From assembly GCA_964570525.1 (NCBI GenBank), contig CAZMYO010000062.1, positions 1-63,385 of the forward strand: a DNA stretch of 63,385 bases. The letters are read 5' to 3'. The DNA is from an uncultured Gammaproteobacteria bacterium (GTDB lineage Bacteria > Patescibacteriota > Patescibacteriia > Magasanikbacterales > GWA2-37-8). A program made the translations under genes and the position numbers. Under the pieces are notes generated by a model, which worked only from the letters and a program-made list of their open reading frames with translations, was not told where the DNA came from and did no database searches. Every line of letters begins with the position of its first letter. The stretch's first letter is position 1. Positions 17,012 through 25,677 of this stretch are shown here, piece after piece.

Positions 17012-17074
17012 CTATCTTTTCTTCTTGCCACCCTTTTTCTTTTTAGCCTTCTTGGCTTTTTTCTTTTTTGCCAT
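17012..17074 (-). CDS. Micro-ORF encoding a 20-aa Lys-rich peptide (MAKKKKAKKAKKKKGGKKKR)
   Basis: A strong SD (aagGGAGGTGgctatt) precedes the ATG, and the stop lies next to the terminator at 16971-17003. It is below the ORF-track cut-off. Confidence 0.4.
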   Translation of the reverse strand: MAKKKKAKKAKKKKGGKKKR

Positions 17075-17335
17075 AATAGCCACCTCCCTTCCTTTTTTAA
17101 ACCCGGCTTGAACCAGGTGAGATAAAAATACAACGTAGTTCTATACTCGCGAGCGCGAGTAAAATCCGTGGAGAAAATTTTACATTACAAGCATGGATGT
17201 AAAATTTTTCTTCGACCATGTATATAGTATATAGCTAAAGAAATAATAAATAAATAGCCGCAAGCAAAGTTATGCACAGGTAGCTCTAAAATCAAAGTTT
17301 TTTGCAAGGGATTGTAATTTCATTTGAAGGCGACA

Positions 17336-18130
17336 TTATCTCTTAAATAACGAAATTACGCTAAAGATACCTAGCGTAATTAAAACAATCGCTCCTCCCG
17401 GAGGCAAATTAAAATAAAAAGAAATAATGATACCGGAAATTACCGAACAGAGCGAAATAATTTCCGCCCACACCAAAGTCGCCGTAAAACTTTTTTTCAA
17501 TTGCAAGGCGGCAATAACCGGAATAACAATCAAAGCGGAAATCAAGAGAATTCCAACAATAGGAATGGCCAGGGCGACCGCAGTGGCGGTAATAATAATA
17601 AAAATAGTGTTGATTAACCTGGTGGGGATGCCGCTCACCTGGGCGGCTTCTTCGTCAAACGAGATATACACCAATTCTTTATAGAAAGCGAGGAGAAGCC
17701 CGATAACAACAACGCTCAAAGTTGAAACAATAAGCACATCGCTGCGTTTGACGGTTACAATACTGCCAAATAAATAGCTAAATAAATCGGCGTTAAAGCC
17801 GTGCGCGAGGCTGATGAGAACTACCGCCACCGCCAAACCGCCGGAAAGAAACAAGGCAAGCGCCGTTTCCCCATACACGCGTTTTTTAATTCGCAGCCGC
17901 TCAATCGCTACGGAAGCAACAATCGAAGCGCCGAGCGCGGTAATAATGGGGTCAATCTTCGCTAAAAGCCCGATCGCTACTCCGGCCAAAGAAATATGCG
18001 ACAAGGTATCGGCGATGAGAGCGTAGCGGCGCAAAACCAAAAAAATCCCAATAAGGGGGGCAATAATGGCGATGAGCGCCCCCACTTCCAAGCCGCGGAT
18101 AATAAAGCTGTGCTGAAAAATCTCTAGCAT
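17336..18130 (-). CDS. Metal (Zn/Mn) ABC transporter permease, ABC-3 family
   Basis: Polytopic ZnuB/TroC-like sequence, in an operon with the ATPase and binding protein. Confidence 0.85.
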   Translation of the reverse strand: MLEIFQHSFIIRGLEVGALIAIIAPLIGIFLVLRRYALIADTLSHISLAGVAIGLLAKIDPIITALGASIVASVAIERLRIKKRVYGETALALFLSGGLAVAVVLISLAHGFNADLFSYLFGSIVTVKRSDVLIVSTLSVVVIGLLLAFYKELVYISFDEEAAQVSGIPTRLINTIFIIITATAVALAIPIVGILLISALIVIPVIAALQLKKSFTATLVWAEIISLCSVISGIIISFYFNLPPGGAIVLITLGIFSVISLFKR

Positions 18131-18139
18131 ACTAGTGGC

Positions 18140-18901
18140 TTAATGATCGTGCAGAATAAACTTGATATCTTTTCCGTAGAGCTTGTTAATATAATCGCCT
18201 TTAATGAATTCTTTGGGGCTACCATGATAAACCAAGCTTTGATTGATGCAGGCGAGCTCCGTGGCTTCGTGAGCGATAACATCAATATCATGCGAGACCA
18301 ATACCAAAGTTAAATCAAGAGAATGATTAAGCTTTTCTAGCAGTGTATAGAACTGTTCTTGCGTTTTAACATCCACGCCCACCGTGGGCTCGTCTAAAAA
18401 TATCACTTCCGGTTCGGTTGCCAGCGCCCGCGCGATGAACACGCGTTGCTGCTGCCCGCCGGACAAATCTCCGATCAGCCGATCCCGGTAATCAAACATC
18501 TCCACCTGACGCAAGGCTTGTGTTATTTTTTCTTTGTCATTCTTGGTGAGCCAGCCGAGCAACCCTCGTTTGCCGTACCGCCCCATCGCCACTACCTCGG
18601 CAACGGTGGCGGGAAATTTTACGTCAAAGTGGACTGCTTTTTGCGGGACATAGCCAATTTTTGCCCAGTCTTTAAATCGACGAATTTCCTGGCCGAATAA
18701 TTTTACACTGCCGGCAGCGGGCTTTAAAAGCCCAAGCATAATTTTGAGGAGTGTTGTTTTGCCTCCCCCGTTCGGGCCGATAACGCCCAAATAATCTCCG
18801 CGGTGAACATTCAAGGTAATGTTTTTTATCACAATTTCATCGGCATAGCCGAAAGAAACATTCTTAACTTCAATAATATTTTTGGTATGGTCTACTGACA
18901 T
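18140..18901 (-). CDS. Metal ABC transporter ATP-binding protein
   Basis: Walker A GPNGGGKTT, signature LSGGQQQRV, Walker B IFLDEP. Confidence 0.9.
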   Translation of the reverse strand: MSVDHTKNIIEVKNVSFGYADEIVIKNITLNVHRGDYLGVIGPNGGGKTTLLKIMLGLLKPAAGSVKLFGQEIRRFKDWAKIGYVPQKAVHFDVKFPATVAEVVAMGRYGKRGLLGWLTKNDKEKITQALRQVEMFDYRDRLIGDLSGGQQQRVFIARALATEPEVIFLDEPTVGVDVKTQEQFYTLLEKLNHSLDLTLVLVSHDIDVIAHEATELACINQSLVYHGSPKEFIKGDYINKLYGKDIKFILHDH

Positions 18902-19839
18902 TGTAAGGCGATTCGTAAATTAGCTAGGTTGCTCTCCATTTCCGTTAGGTAGTTTTTTTCGGCGCGGAGCTCTTCGTCGCCGAGACCCTCGATAGGATTC
19001 AGCACCAGGGTTTTGGCGCCAACTTCCTCGGCGATAGTGTTGGCTAGCTTGGGGCTAACCAGGGTCTCAAAAAAAATATAGCGAATGTCATTTTTCTTCA
19101 CAAAATCGGCTATTTTGATTAGTTTCCGAACCGATGGCTCTTCGTCAGGTGATAATCCGGAGATGGAAACTTGGTTCAAACCATATTCTTTGGCCAGGTA
19201 ACCAAAAGCGGCGTGCGACGTAACAATATCTTTTTTTTCACAGCGGCTTAAACCTTGCCGGTATTTCTCATGGAGGGCGGTGAGTTTATTCTGAAACGCT
19301 TGGGCGTTGGCTTCATAGATAGCCTTATTATTTGGATCGGCTTCTATAAAACCCCGAAGAATATTTTCCACTTCTTGCTTGGCCAGTTGTGGGCTTAACC
19401 AAACATGGGGATCTTGAACGGTCTTTCCACCCGCTTCCATTTCTTGTCTGGCCAAATTATCACCGGCAGTAATAATGATTACATGCTTCTTCTGCAAATC
19501 ATTTTTAATTTTGTTGGCCCACGGTTCCAGCTTCACTCCATTGAGGATTAACAATTTACCGGTCTCGATTTGGATAATGTCCCTGGTTGTTGGTTCAAAG
19601 TCGTGCGGTTCGACTCCGGCCGGAGTAATATTATACACCTCGGCAATATCCCCCGCCACTTGCGAAGCAAAGTAATAAAGGGGGTAGAAGGAAGCGGTAA
19701 CCCGCAACCTGCCGTTAACGCGACTATTTGGTAGCGGCATTGATTTAAAGCTGCCGGCCTTAATCAAGTAACCAACTATGGCTATCAACAAAACCGCTAA
19801 CCCAATAAAAAGTAAAGTATTTTTATAATTATTTTTCAT
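18892..19839 (-). CDS. Metal ABC transporter substrate-binding protein (ZnuA/TroA family)
   Basis: N-terminal anchor, and DPHVWLSP with H/E/D metal ligands typical of cluster A-I binding proteins. Confidence 0.85.
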   Translation of the reverse strand: MKNNYKNTLLFIGLAVLLIAIVGYLIKAGSFKSMPLPNSRVNGRLRVTASFYPLYYFASQVAGDIAEVYNITPAGVEPHDFEPTTRDIIQIETGKLLILNGVKLEPWANKIKNDLQKKHVIIITAGDNLARQEMEAGGKTVQDPHVWLSPQLAKQEVENILRGFIEADPNNKAIYEANAQAFQNKLTALHEKYRQGLSRCEKKDIVTSHAAFGYLAKEYGLNQVSISGLSPDEEPSVRKLIKIADFVKKNDIRYIFFETLVSPKLANTIAEEVGAKTLVLNPIEGLGDEELRAEKNYLTEMESNLANLRIALQCQ

Positions 19840-19862
19840 AATTTTTAATTTAAGCCCCGCTT

Positions 19863-20291
19863 CTATTTTTGACAGCGCGCGCAGACTCCAAAAAACTCTA
19901 GGGAGTGTTGAAGCACAGTAAATTTTTTAGTTTTTTTAATAATTTTCGCTTGGCGTTCCAAATCTTCGGCAAAACTAACGTCCTCTACTTTGCGGCATTC
20001 AACGCATACCAAGTGATGATGGTGTCTCTTAGAGACAGCGAGCTCATAGCGGACGCTCCGGTCCGCGAGACGTACTTCGTGTACTATTCCATAGCGCTGT
20101 AGGGTTGCCAATTGTCGATACACCGTTGTTTTATTAGCTTTAAAGCTACGCTTGTTTAACTGAACAAGTAGCTCCAGCGCGGAGATGGGGTGCGGATTTT
20201 TAACAAATAACCCAAGCAGGGTACGCCTAATCGGGGTCATTCTTTCACCCTGATCTACCAGCCTTTGAATTAGTTGTTGAGTGGGAAGCAT
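19863..20291 (-). CDS. Fur-family regulator (Zur-like)
   Basis: Winged HTH plus HHHHLVCVECRK...CARCQK zinc sites. It heads the metal ABC operon. Confidence 0.85.
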   Translation of the reverse strand: MLPTQQLIQRLVDQGERMTPIRRTLLGLFVKNPHPISALELLVQLNKRSFKANKTTVYRQLATLQRYGIVHEVRLADRSVRYELAVSKRHHHHLVCVECRKVEDVSFAEDLERQAKIIKKTKKFTVLQHSLEFFGVCARCQK

Positions 20292-20302
20292 ACAGTATTT
20301 AG

Positions 20303-20319
20303 ACGCAACTCTGTTGCGT
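20303..20319. promoter_or_regulatory. Candidate Fur/Zur operator palindrome 1
   Basis: acgcaac-tct-gttgcgt lies 12 nt upstream of the regulator start. Confidence 0.35.
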
Positions 20320-20375
20320 TACTATGTATAGCTTATCACAATCCCCAGTTATGTCAAGCGGGCCATGTGGATAAC

Positions 20376-20390
20376 TGCAACTTGGTTGCA
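20376..20390. promoter_or_regulatory. Candidate Fur/Zur operator palindrome 2
   Basis: tgcaac-ttg-gttgca shares the GCAAC...GTTGC half-sites with 20303-20319. Confidence 0.3.
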
Positions 20391-20423
20391 CATTGAAATG
20401 TTGGAGAAGCGAGCGTCTTTCCC

Positions 20424-20452
20424 TTGACACCCCCTTCTTAAAATGATAGTAT
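20424..20452 (+). promoter_or_regulatory. sigma70-type promoter
   Basis: TTGACA, a 17-nt spacer, then TAGTAT. Confidence 0.5.
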
Positions 20453-20509
20453 GTTTCTCAATATGTGAGGCCCCTACCTCACACTTTGTTAACTAAGTTC
20501 ATAATTTAT

Positions 20510-20650
20510 ATGTTTATGACACCGATAACCATTGATGAAGAAAATAACTGGCTGGACGGCGCCGAAGAGGACGAGGATCGTGAGGGTGCCATCGATCTTG
20601 GGGATGAAGAGGACAAAGGAGCCGACAGCGATGATGACGAGGAAATATAG
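20510..20650 (+). CDS. Small, highly acidic hypothetical protein (46 aa)
   Basis: MFMTPITIDEENNWLDGAEEDEDREGAIDLGDEEDKGADSDDDEEI. It has a promoter upstream and a terminator downstream, but no clear SD. Confidence 0.35.
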   Translation: MFMTPITIDEENNWLDGAEEDEDREGAIDLGDEEDKGADSDDDEEI

Positions 20651-20658
20651 ATTTAAAT

Positions 20659-20695
20659 AAAACCCCCCTCCGGCGTACGCCGGAGGGGGGTTTTA
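20659..20695. terminator. Bidirectional terminator
   Basis: cccccctccggcg-ta-cgccggagggggg flanked by A- and T-runs. It lies between convergent genes. Confidence 0.7.
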
Positions 20696-20700
20696 TACAT

Positions 20701-21261
20701 TTACGCTCGAGTGGAGTATTCGCCGGTTTCCGTATTCACCAAAATTTCTTCGCCCTCTTTAATAAAGATGGGCGCCTGAACCTTGAGGCCGTTATCCAAA
20801 ATGATTTCTTTGGTAACATTACCGGCGGCGGTATCGCCTTTTACCGCCGGTGGAGCCTCGACAACTTTGTATTGAATCTTTTTTGGCAGTTGAATGCTTA
20901 CCGGCCGATCTTCATACATACCAATCACCACTTCAATTCCCTCCTTTAAATACTTGGTATCGTCGCCGATTAAATCTCCGTTCATTTCTATCTGCTCGTA
21001 GTTGCTCATGTTCATGAAGGCGTAGTTGTCGCCCGTCTTATAAAGATACTGCATGGTTTGAAATTGCACGCTTACAATATCGACGCTTTCACTGGTTTTG
21101 TAGGTAATTTCTATCACTTTTCCCGAAGCCAAGCTTTTCATACGCACGCGCACAAAAGCGGCTCCCTTGCCGGGGTTGACATGTTGCGATTCTACCACCA
21201 CGAACAAATCATTTTGGTGGCGGATTACCGCTCCTTTGCGAACATCTGAAGTTGAAGCCAT
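20701..21261 (-). CDS. efp: Translation elongation factor P
   Basis: Full-length EF-P with the NPGKGAAFVRV loop, which carries the modifiable Lys. Confidence 0.95.
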   Translation of the reverse strand: MASTSDVRKGAVIRHQNDLFVVVESQHVNPGKGAAFVRVRMKSLASGKVIEITYKTSESVDIVSVQFQTMQYLYKTGDNYAFMNMSNYEQIEMNGDLIGDDTKYLKEGIEVVIGMYEDRPVSIQLPKKIQYKVVEAPPAVKGDTAAGNVTKEIILDNGLKVQAPIFIKEGEEILVNTETGEYSTRA

Positions 21262-21347
21262 ACCAATGAAAATGACAAATGTCTAAGTAATGTTAAACTT
21301 CACATTTGATGTTTTGTTAGAAATTAGGTGAATTAGGACTTAGATAT

Positions 21348-22463
21348 TTACTGATCTAGCTGGTCTTTCACGGAACCAAACATTACTTCATTAATATCCT
21401 TGGCGCCGGTAAACAATAGTACCATACGATCTACCCCCAAAGCAATACCCGCCGCCGTTCCTTCGGAACTCTGGCGTGGCGAGCCCCCGGTCCCTATTCC
21501 GGAACGCAAAGCGGCGATAAAATCGGGGTCCACCGGCCAATTTTCTTTGCCGAGTTTTACCCGAAGTTCGCGGTCTTTTTCCAAACGGCGGAGTTGTTCA
21601 TCCGCATCGGTTAGTTCGCCAAAACCATTGCTTAACTCCAACCCGCCAATATAACACTCCACCCGCTCAGCATACCGCGGGTCATGATTGCAGAGTCGCG
21701 ACAGTGAAGCCATCTGGGCCGGGTAGTCGTAGATAAACACCGGGCGCTCCAAACCCAACTTTAGTTCAATTTCATTCAAAAATATTTTGAAAAATAAGTC
21801 CTCATAGGCATCATCAGCATCAACTTGATAACCTCGTTCAATTACTAAATCCTTTAAATCTTTTCCGCCCAAGGCGGACAATCCTCCGACATATTCATCC
21901 AAATTCACCCCAACATATTTTTGCCAAACTTCTTTCATGCTTATCCTGTCCCATTTTCCAGATATATCAATCTTGTAATCTTTGTACCTCAACTCCTTAA
22001 TCTTTCCAGTCCAAGGCTGGTTCGCCTCAGGCGAAAATTTTTCTCCCACAAACTTAAACATCTTCTCCGTGTCTTCCATAATCTCCTGATACGTACCCGG
22101 CGCGCGATACCATTCGAGCATGGTAAACTCGGTGTTGTGATTGCCGCCAAAACTTTCGTAATCGCGGAAACATTTAGTTAGCTCAAAAATCTTTTCAAAA
22201 CCGGCGGCTAATAATTTTTTCAAAGCATACTCCGGCGAGGTGTGCAGATAAAATTTTTCGCCTTTACCGTGTGGGTCGTGAATAGTAATCGTGATGGGAT
22301 TGAGATATGGCTCCTGGCTAGCGTAATGCACCGCGATCGGCGTATCCGTCTCCACAAAGTTTTGCGACCAAAAAAATTCGCGAATGAGGCGAATAATCTC
22401 AACGCGCTTTTGGTAGACGGTTTTCAGCCGCTGATTGTTTTTGAGATCAGACCAGGTGGACAT
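21348..22463 (-). CDS. epmA: EF-P--(R)-beta-lysine ligase (EpmA/GenX/PoxA-like, class II LysRS catalytic core)
   Basis: TSPEYALKKLLAAG, HNTEFTMLEWYR, AERVECYIGGLELSNGFGELTD and ALGVDRMVLL parallel E. coli EpmA. The start was set to MSTWSD (22463) because the 30 upstream codons of the ORF track lie inside a repeat element. Confidence 0.85.
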   Translation of the reverse strand: MSTWSDLKNNQRLKTVYQKRVEIIRLIREFFWSQNFVETDTPIAVHYASQEPYLNPITITIHDPHGKGEKFYLHTSPEYALKKLLAAGFEKIFELTKCFRDYESFGGNHNTEFTMLEWYRAPGTYQEIMEDTEKMFKFVGEKFSPEANQPWTGKIKELRYKDYKIDISGKWDRISMKEVWQKYVGVNLDEYVGGLSALGGKDLKDLVIERGYQVDADDAYEDLFFKIFLNEIELKLGLERPVFIYDYPAQMASLSRLCNHDPRYAERVECYIGGLELSNGFGELTDADEQLRRLEKDRELRVKLGKENWPVDPDFIAALRSGIGTGGSPRQSSEGTAAGIALGVDRMVLLFTGAKDINEVMFGSVKDQLDQ

Positions 22464-22472
22464 AATATATGT

Positions 22473-22576
22473 GTCATTGCGAGGAAGCCGATTCGCATCG
22501 GCTGACGAAGCAATCCCCTGGCTTAAGCACTTCCTAAGCTGGGGGATCGCCACGTCACTTCGTTCCTCGCGATGAC
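22473..22576. mobile_element. MITE/REP-like palindromic element (second copy)
   Basis: The termini gtcattgcgagga and tcctcgcgatgac are inverted repeats. The core gcaatcccctggcttaagcacttcc...gggggatcgccacgtc matches 10494-10587. Confidence 0.6.
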
Positions 22577-22637
22577 AAAATAAAACGATACGCTAATTTT
22601 GCGTACCGTCTTTTTGAAAATAGCTGTACAACAAAAT

Positions 22638-22865
22638 TTACCGTGCAACATACCCCATGAGCGAAGCCTGGCGGGCGCGTTTAATCGCGCCGGCGACTTG
22701 GCGCTGATGTTTGGCGCAGAGGCCGCTTCTGCGGCGGGGCGCTATCTTCATGTAGGAAGAAACAAAACGGCGCAGGGTGCCAATATCTTTATAATCAACA
22801 AGAAGCCTGTTGTTGGTGCAGTAATGACACTCTTTGTTTCTGTCGTCTTGACTGTGTTTAATCAT
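22638..22865 (-). CDS. rpsR: 30S ribosomal protein S18
   Basis: CHYCTNN...VDYKDIGTLRRF...CAKHQRQVAGAIKRARQASL. Confidence 0.9.
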   Translation of the reverse strand: MIKHSQDDRNKECHYCTNNRLLVDYKDIGTLRRFVSSYMKIAPRRRSGLCAKHQRQVAGAIKRARQASLMGYVAR

Positions 22866-22890
22866 AAATCGCTAATTATCAACAATGTTT

Positions 22891-23346
22891 TTAAAAGGGA
22901 ATGTCTTCCACCTTAATTTCTTCTTCCACAACTTCCTCGGCCGGCCCCGTAAAAGGCGTGGCTCCCGGAGTAGCGTAGGTTGCGGGAGAAACTCCCGACT
23001 CAACGCCAGCGCCCAGCGGGCGGGCATCAAGCATAATAAAGCTTTCCGCGATAATCTCGGTGCGATAGCGTTTTACGCCGTCTTGTCCGGTCCAATCCCT
23101 GGTCTGGATGCGCCCTTCCACGTACACGCGCGAAGCTTTGTGCAGATACTGCCCGGCGGTTTCGGCGAGTTTGGCCCAGGCAACAACATTGTGGAACTCG
23201 GTTTGCTTTTGTTTTTGTCCGTTGGCATCAGTCCATTGGCGGCCAGTGGCTACCGAGAAAGAAACAACGGAACGGCCGCTGGGCAGACTTTTGAGCTCTG
23301 GGTCGCGAGTAAGACGACCAATGATAGTAGCGCGGTTGAGATCCAT
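22891..23346 (-). CDS. ssb: Single-stranded DNA-binding protein
   Basis: OB-fold N-terminus MDLNRATIIGRLTRDPEL and acidic tail ending in DIPF. Confidence 0.9.
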   Translation of the reverse strand: MDLNRATIIGRLTRDPELKSLPSGRSVVSFSVATGRQWTDANGQKQKQTEFHNVVAWAKLAETAGQYLHKASRVYVEGRIQTRDWTGQDGVKRYRTEIIAESFIMLDARPLGAGVESGVSPATYATPGATPFTGPAEEVVEEEIKVEDIPF

Positions 23347-23452
23347 AGAGATGCAGTTAGGTTGTGTGATTAAAATTATAATGATGTACGAAATACGAAA
23401 ACTACGAAATTACGAACTGGTACGAAATGTTTCCCGTATTTCGTACATATAT

Positions 23453-23947
23453 TTATATCCCTGAAATAACGTCGCCGCTCATGAGATCGTCAAGCTTCTT
23501 ATTTATTTCCTCCAGATCAAGCTTCTCCGCTATTCTGGGAGCCAAGCCTTTATCGCTCTTCTCCTCTTCTCGCGCTCTTTCCCTCACCAATCCTTCTTTC
23601 TCTATCGCCGTAGTAATACCAGAGCTGTCCGTAGAGTAGGCAATTTTTTGGCTGGCGGTGAGCTGGGTATTGAAGTGGGTTACCATCGCGCGCAACACAT
23701 CGCGCATCAGGCCCAATTTATCATGGAGAATTTTGAGCTTTTCCGGAGTGGCGGTGAAGGTAATGGTATAAAAATAACCATAGCGAATTTGGCGGATGGG
23801 ATAGGCCAAACGATTTTTACCGATGGTGTTTAATTCGGCATTTTCACCATACTCCTTAACTAACGTTAGTATCTCCTCGGAACGGCTGGCGACTTCCTTG
23901 TCATCCAAAGTGCCGGGCAGTACCAACAACAACTCGTATTTTTTCAT
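23453..23947 (-). CDS. rpsF: 30S ribosomal protein S6 with a C-terminal extension
   Basis: MKKYELLLVLPG is an S6-type N-terminus. The gene order rpsF-ssb-rpsR is conserved. Confidence 0.85.
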   Translation of the reverse strand: MKKYELLLVLPGTLDDKEVASRSEEILTLVKEYGENAELNTIGKNRLAYPIRQIRYGYFYTITFTATPEKLKILHDKLGLMRDVLRAMVTHFNTQLTASQKIAYSTDSSGITTAIEKEGLVRERAREEEKSDKGLAPRIAEKLDLEEINKKLDDLMSGDVISGI

Positions 23948-24126
23948 AGAAACTAGTTTTTCCGCACCTTTCCTCCGCCTTCTGGGGAGGAAATGGATTT
24001 ACCAAGCGCATCCTTCGACAACCAGGAAATTGCTTGGCAAAAGGTACTGGAATAAATAAAGATTTAATCGTGGGCTTATCATAGCATAATGCCGAAAAAA
24101 GTCAAATGGTGAGGCCGGAACAGTAA

Positions 24127-24155
24127 TTGACCAAAACTCTCACTTAGCTTAAAAT
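24127..24155 (+). promoter_or_regulatory. sigma70-type promoter for the polysaccharide locus
   Basis: TTGACC, a 17-nt spacer, then TAAAAT. Confidence 0.45.
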
Positions 24156-24247
24156 ACCATCAATCACCAATCTGCGCCTGCCTGCGGTAGGCCAGGTAAT
24201 TCGTTTTAATCTGACCCCATCGCGGCGGTGGTATTTCGCACATATTT

Positions 24248-25666
24248 ATGAAACGCCTAGAACTTCTCTTTACCTTTCTTCAGCTCCCTCTTGATTACCT
24301 CATGCTGATCTTGGCCGGAGTTACCGCCTATAATCTACGCTTTACCAAGTTCGTTATTTCCATCCGTCCGATTCTGTTTGATCTGCCTTGGTCGCGCTAT
24401 TGGCCAACGCTTTTAGTCGTGGCTCTCGGCTGGATTGTTATCTTTGCTTTCTCGGGGCTCTACAGCGCCAACCCCAATCGTAAATTCGCCTCTGAACTTA
24501 CCCGTATTGTGATGGCTTGTTCCACCAGCTTTGCCGCCATTACTATTTACGTTTTTTTCACCCTGCAAAAATTTGACTCCCGATTCCTCGTGCTCACTGG
24601 CTGGCTTCTAGCTATGCTGTATGTATTTATAGGGCGCCTAATCATGCGTGGCATTAAAGGTCTCTTGTACCGCGCGGGCATTGGACTCCGCGCGACCGTT
24701 ATCATCGGGCAGGAATCTGTCGCCAAGATCATCATCGATACCTTAAAAGCCAAGCCATATCTTGGCTACAAGGTAGTTGGCAATTTTGAGCGCTTTACCG
24801 GCTTAGCCGAGGACGACATGCGCAAAAAATCACCGGACGAAATTATTTTTACCGATCCCAAAGCCGACGAAGAGGAGGCGTTTAAGGCCATTGATTTCGC
24901 CAATCAACATCATGTGGTTTTCAAATACTCGGCCGATCTTTTTGACACTATTTCCACCAACATGGCTGTCTCAACCGTGGCCGGCATTCCGATTATCGAG
25001 CTCCGCCGCACCAGGCTCACCGGCTGGGGCAAAATCGCCAAACGCCTGGTTGATATTGTCGGCGCTATTATTTTATTGGTACTTTTGTCTCCGCTATTTT
25101 TGATTATTTCTATTATAATTTTATTGGAAACCGGATTGCCGATTATTTACCGCAATGAACGAGTGGGGCAATTTGGAAAAAATTTTTTTACCTTGAAATT
25201 TAGATCAATGTATCATAAATATTCCACCGGAGAGCAGTTCGGCGCGGCCGGAAAAAAAGCCTTGCGCGAAGAGGAGAGGCTCATCGAAACGAGCAATGGT
25301 AAATCCGGGCCGGTTTATAAAATAAAAAATGACCCGCGCGTAACCTCGGTTGGCGCTTTTTTGCGCCACTGGAGCCTGGATGAGCTCCCGCAATTCTGGA
25401 ACGTGCTCAAAGGCCAAATGAGTTTGGTTGGTCCGCGCCCGCATCAACCAAGAGAAGTAAATAAATATGAAAAGCGGCACCATGTTCTTTTTGCCATCAA
25501 ACCAGGGTTAACCGGACTAGCTCAAATTTCCGGTAGGAGCAATCTTACCTTTGAGGAAGAAGCCCGGCTCGACACCTTTTATATTGAAAATTGGAATCTG
25601 TTGCTTGATCTCATTGTTTTGATTAAAACGCCGTTTATAGTCTTGAAAAGAAAAGGAGCGTGGTAA
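24248..25666 (+). CDS. Polyprenyl-phosphate sugar phosphotransferase (WbaP/WcaJ-like bacterial sugar transferase)
   Basis: Multi-TM N-terminus plus a C-terminal Bac_transf signature: [21 protein letters not shown]. Confidence 0.85.
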   Translation: MKRLELLFTFLQLPLDYLMLILAGVTAYNLRFTKFVISIRPILFDLPWSRYWPTLLVVALGWIVIFAFSGLYSANPNRKFASELTRIVMACSTSFAAITIYVFFTLQKFDSRFLVLTGWLLAMLYVFIGRLIMRGIKGLLYRAGIGLRATVIIGQESVAKIIIDTLKAKPYLGYKVVGNFERFTGLAEDDMRKKSPDEIIFTDPKADEEEAFKAIDFANQHHVVFKYSADLFDTISTNMAVSTVAGIPIIELRRTRLTGWGKIAKRLVDIVGAIILLVLLSPLFLIISIIILLETGLPIIYRNERVGQFGKNFFTLKFRSMYHKYSTGEQFGAAGKKALREEERLIETSNGKSGPVYKIKNDPRVTSVGAFLRHWSLDELPQFWNVLKGQMSLVGPRPHQPREVNKYEKRHHVLFAIKPGLTGLAQISGRSNLTFEEEARLDTFYIENWNLLLDLIVLIKTPFIVLKRKGAW

Positions 25667-25677
25667 GCCGGTGTCCT

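Noticed and set aside
22599-23373. Plus-strand ORFs 22599-22916 and 22885-23373 (also 23108-23464)
   Set aside because: They are antisense to clearly recognisable rpsR and ssb genes, and their products have no recognisable features.
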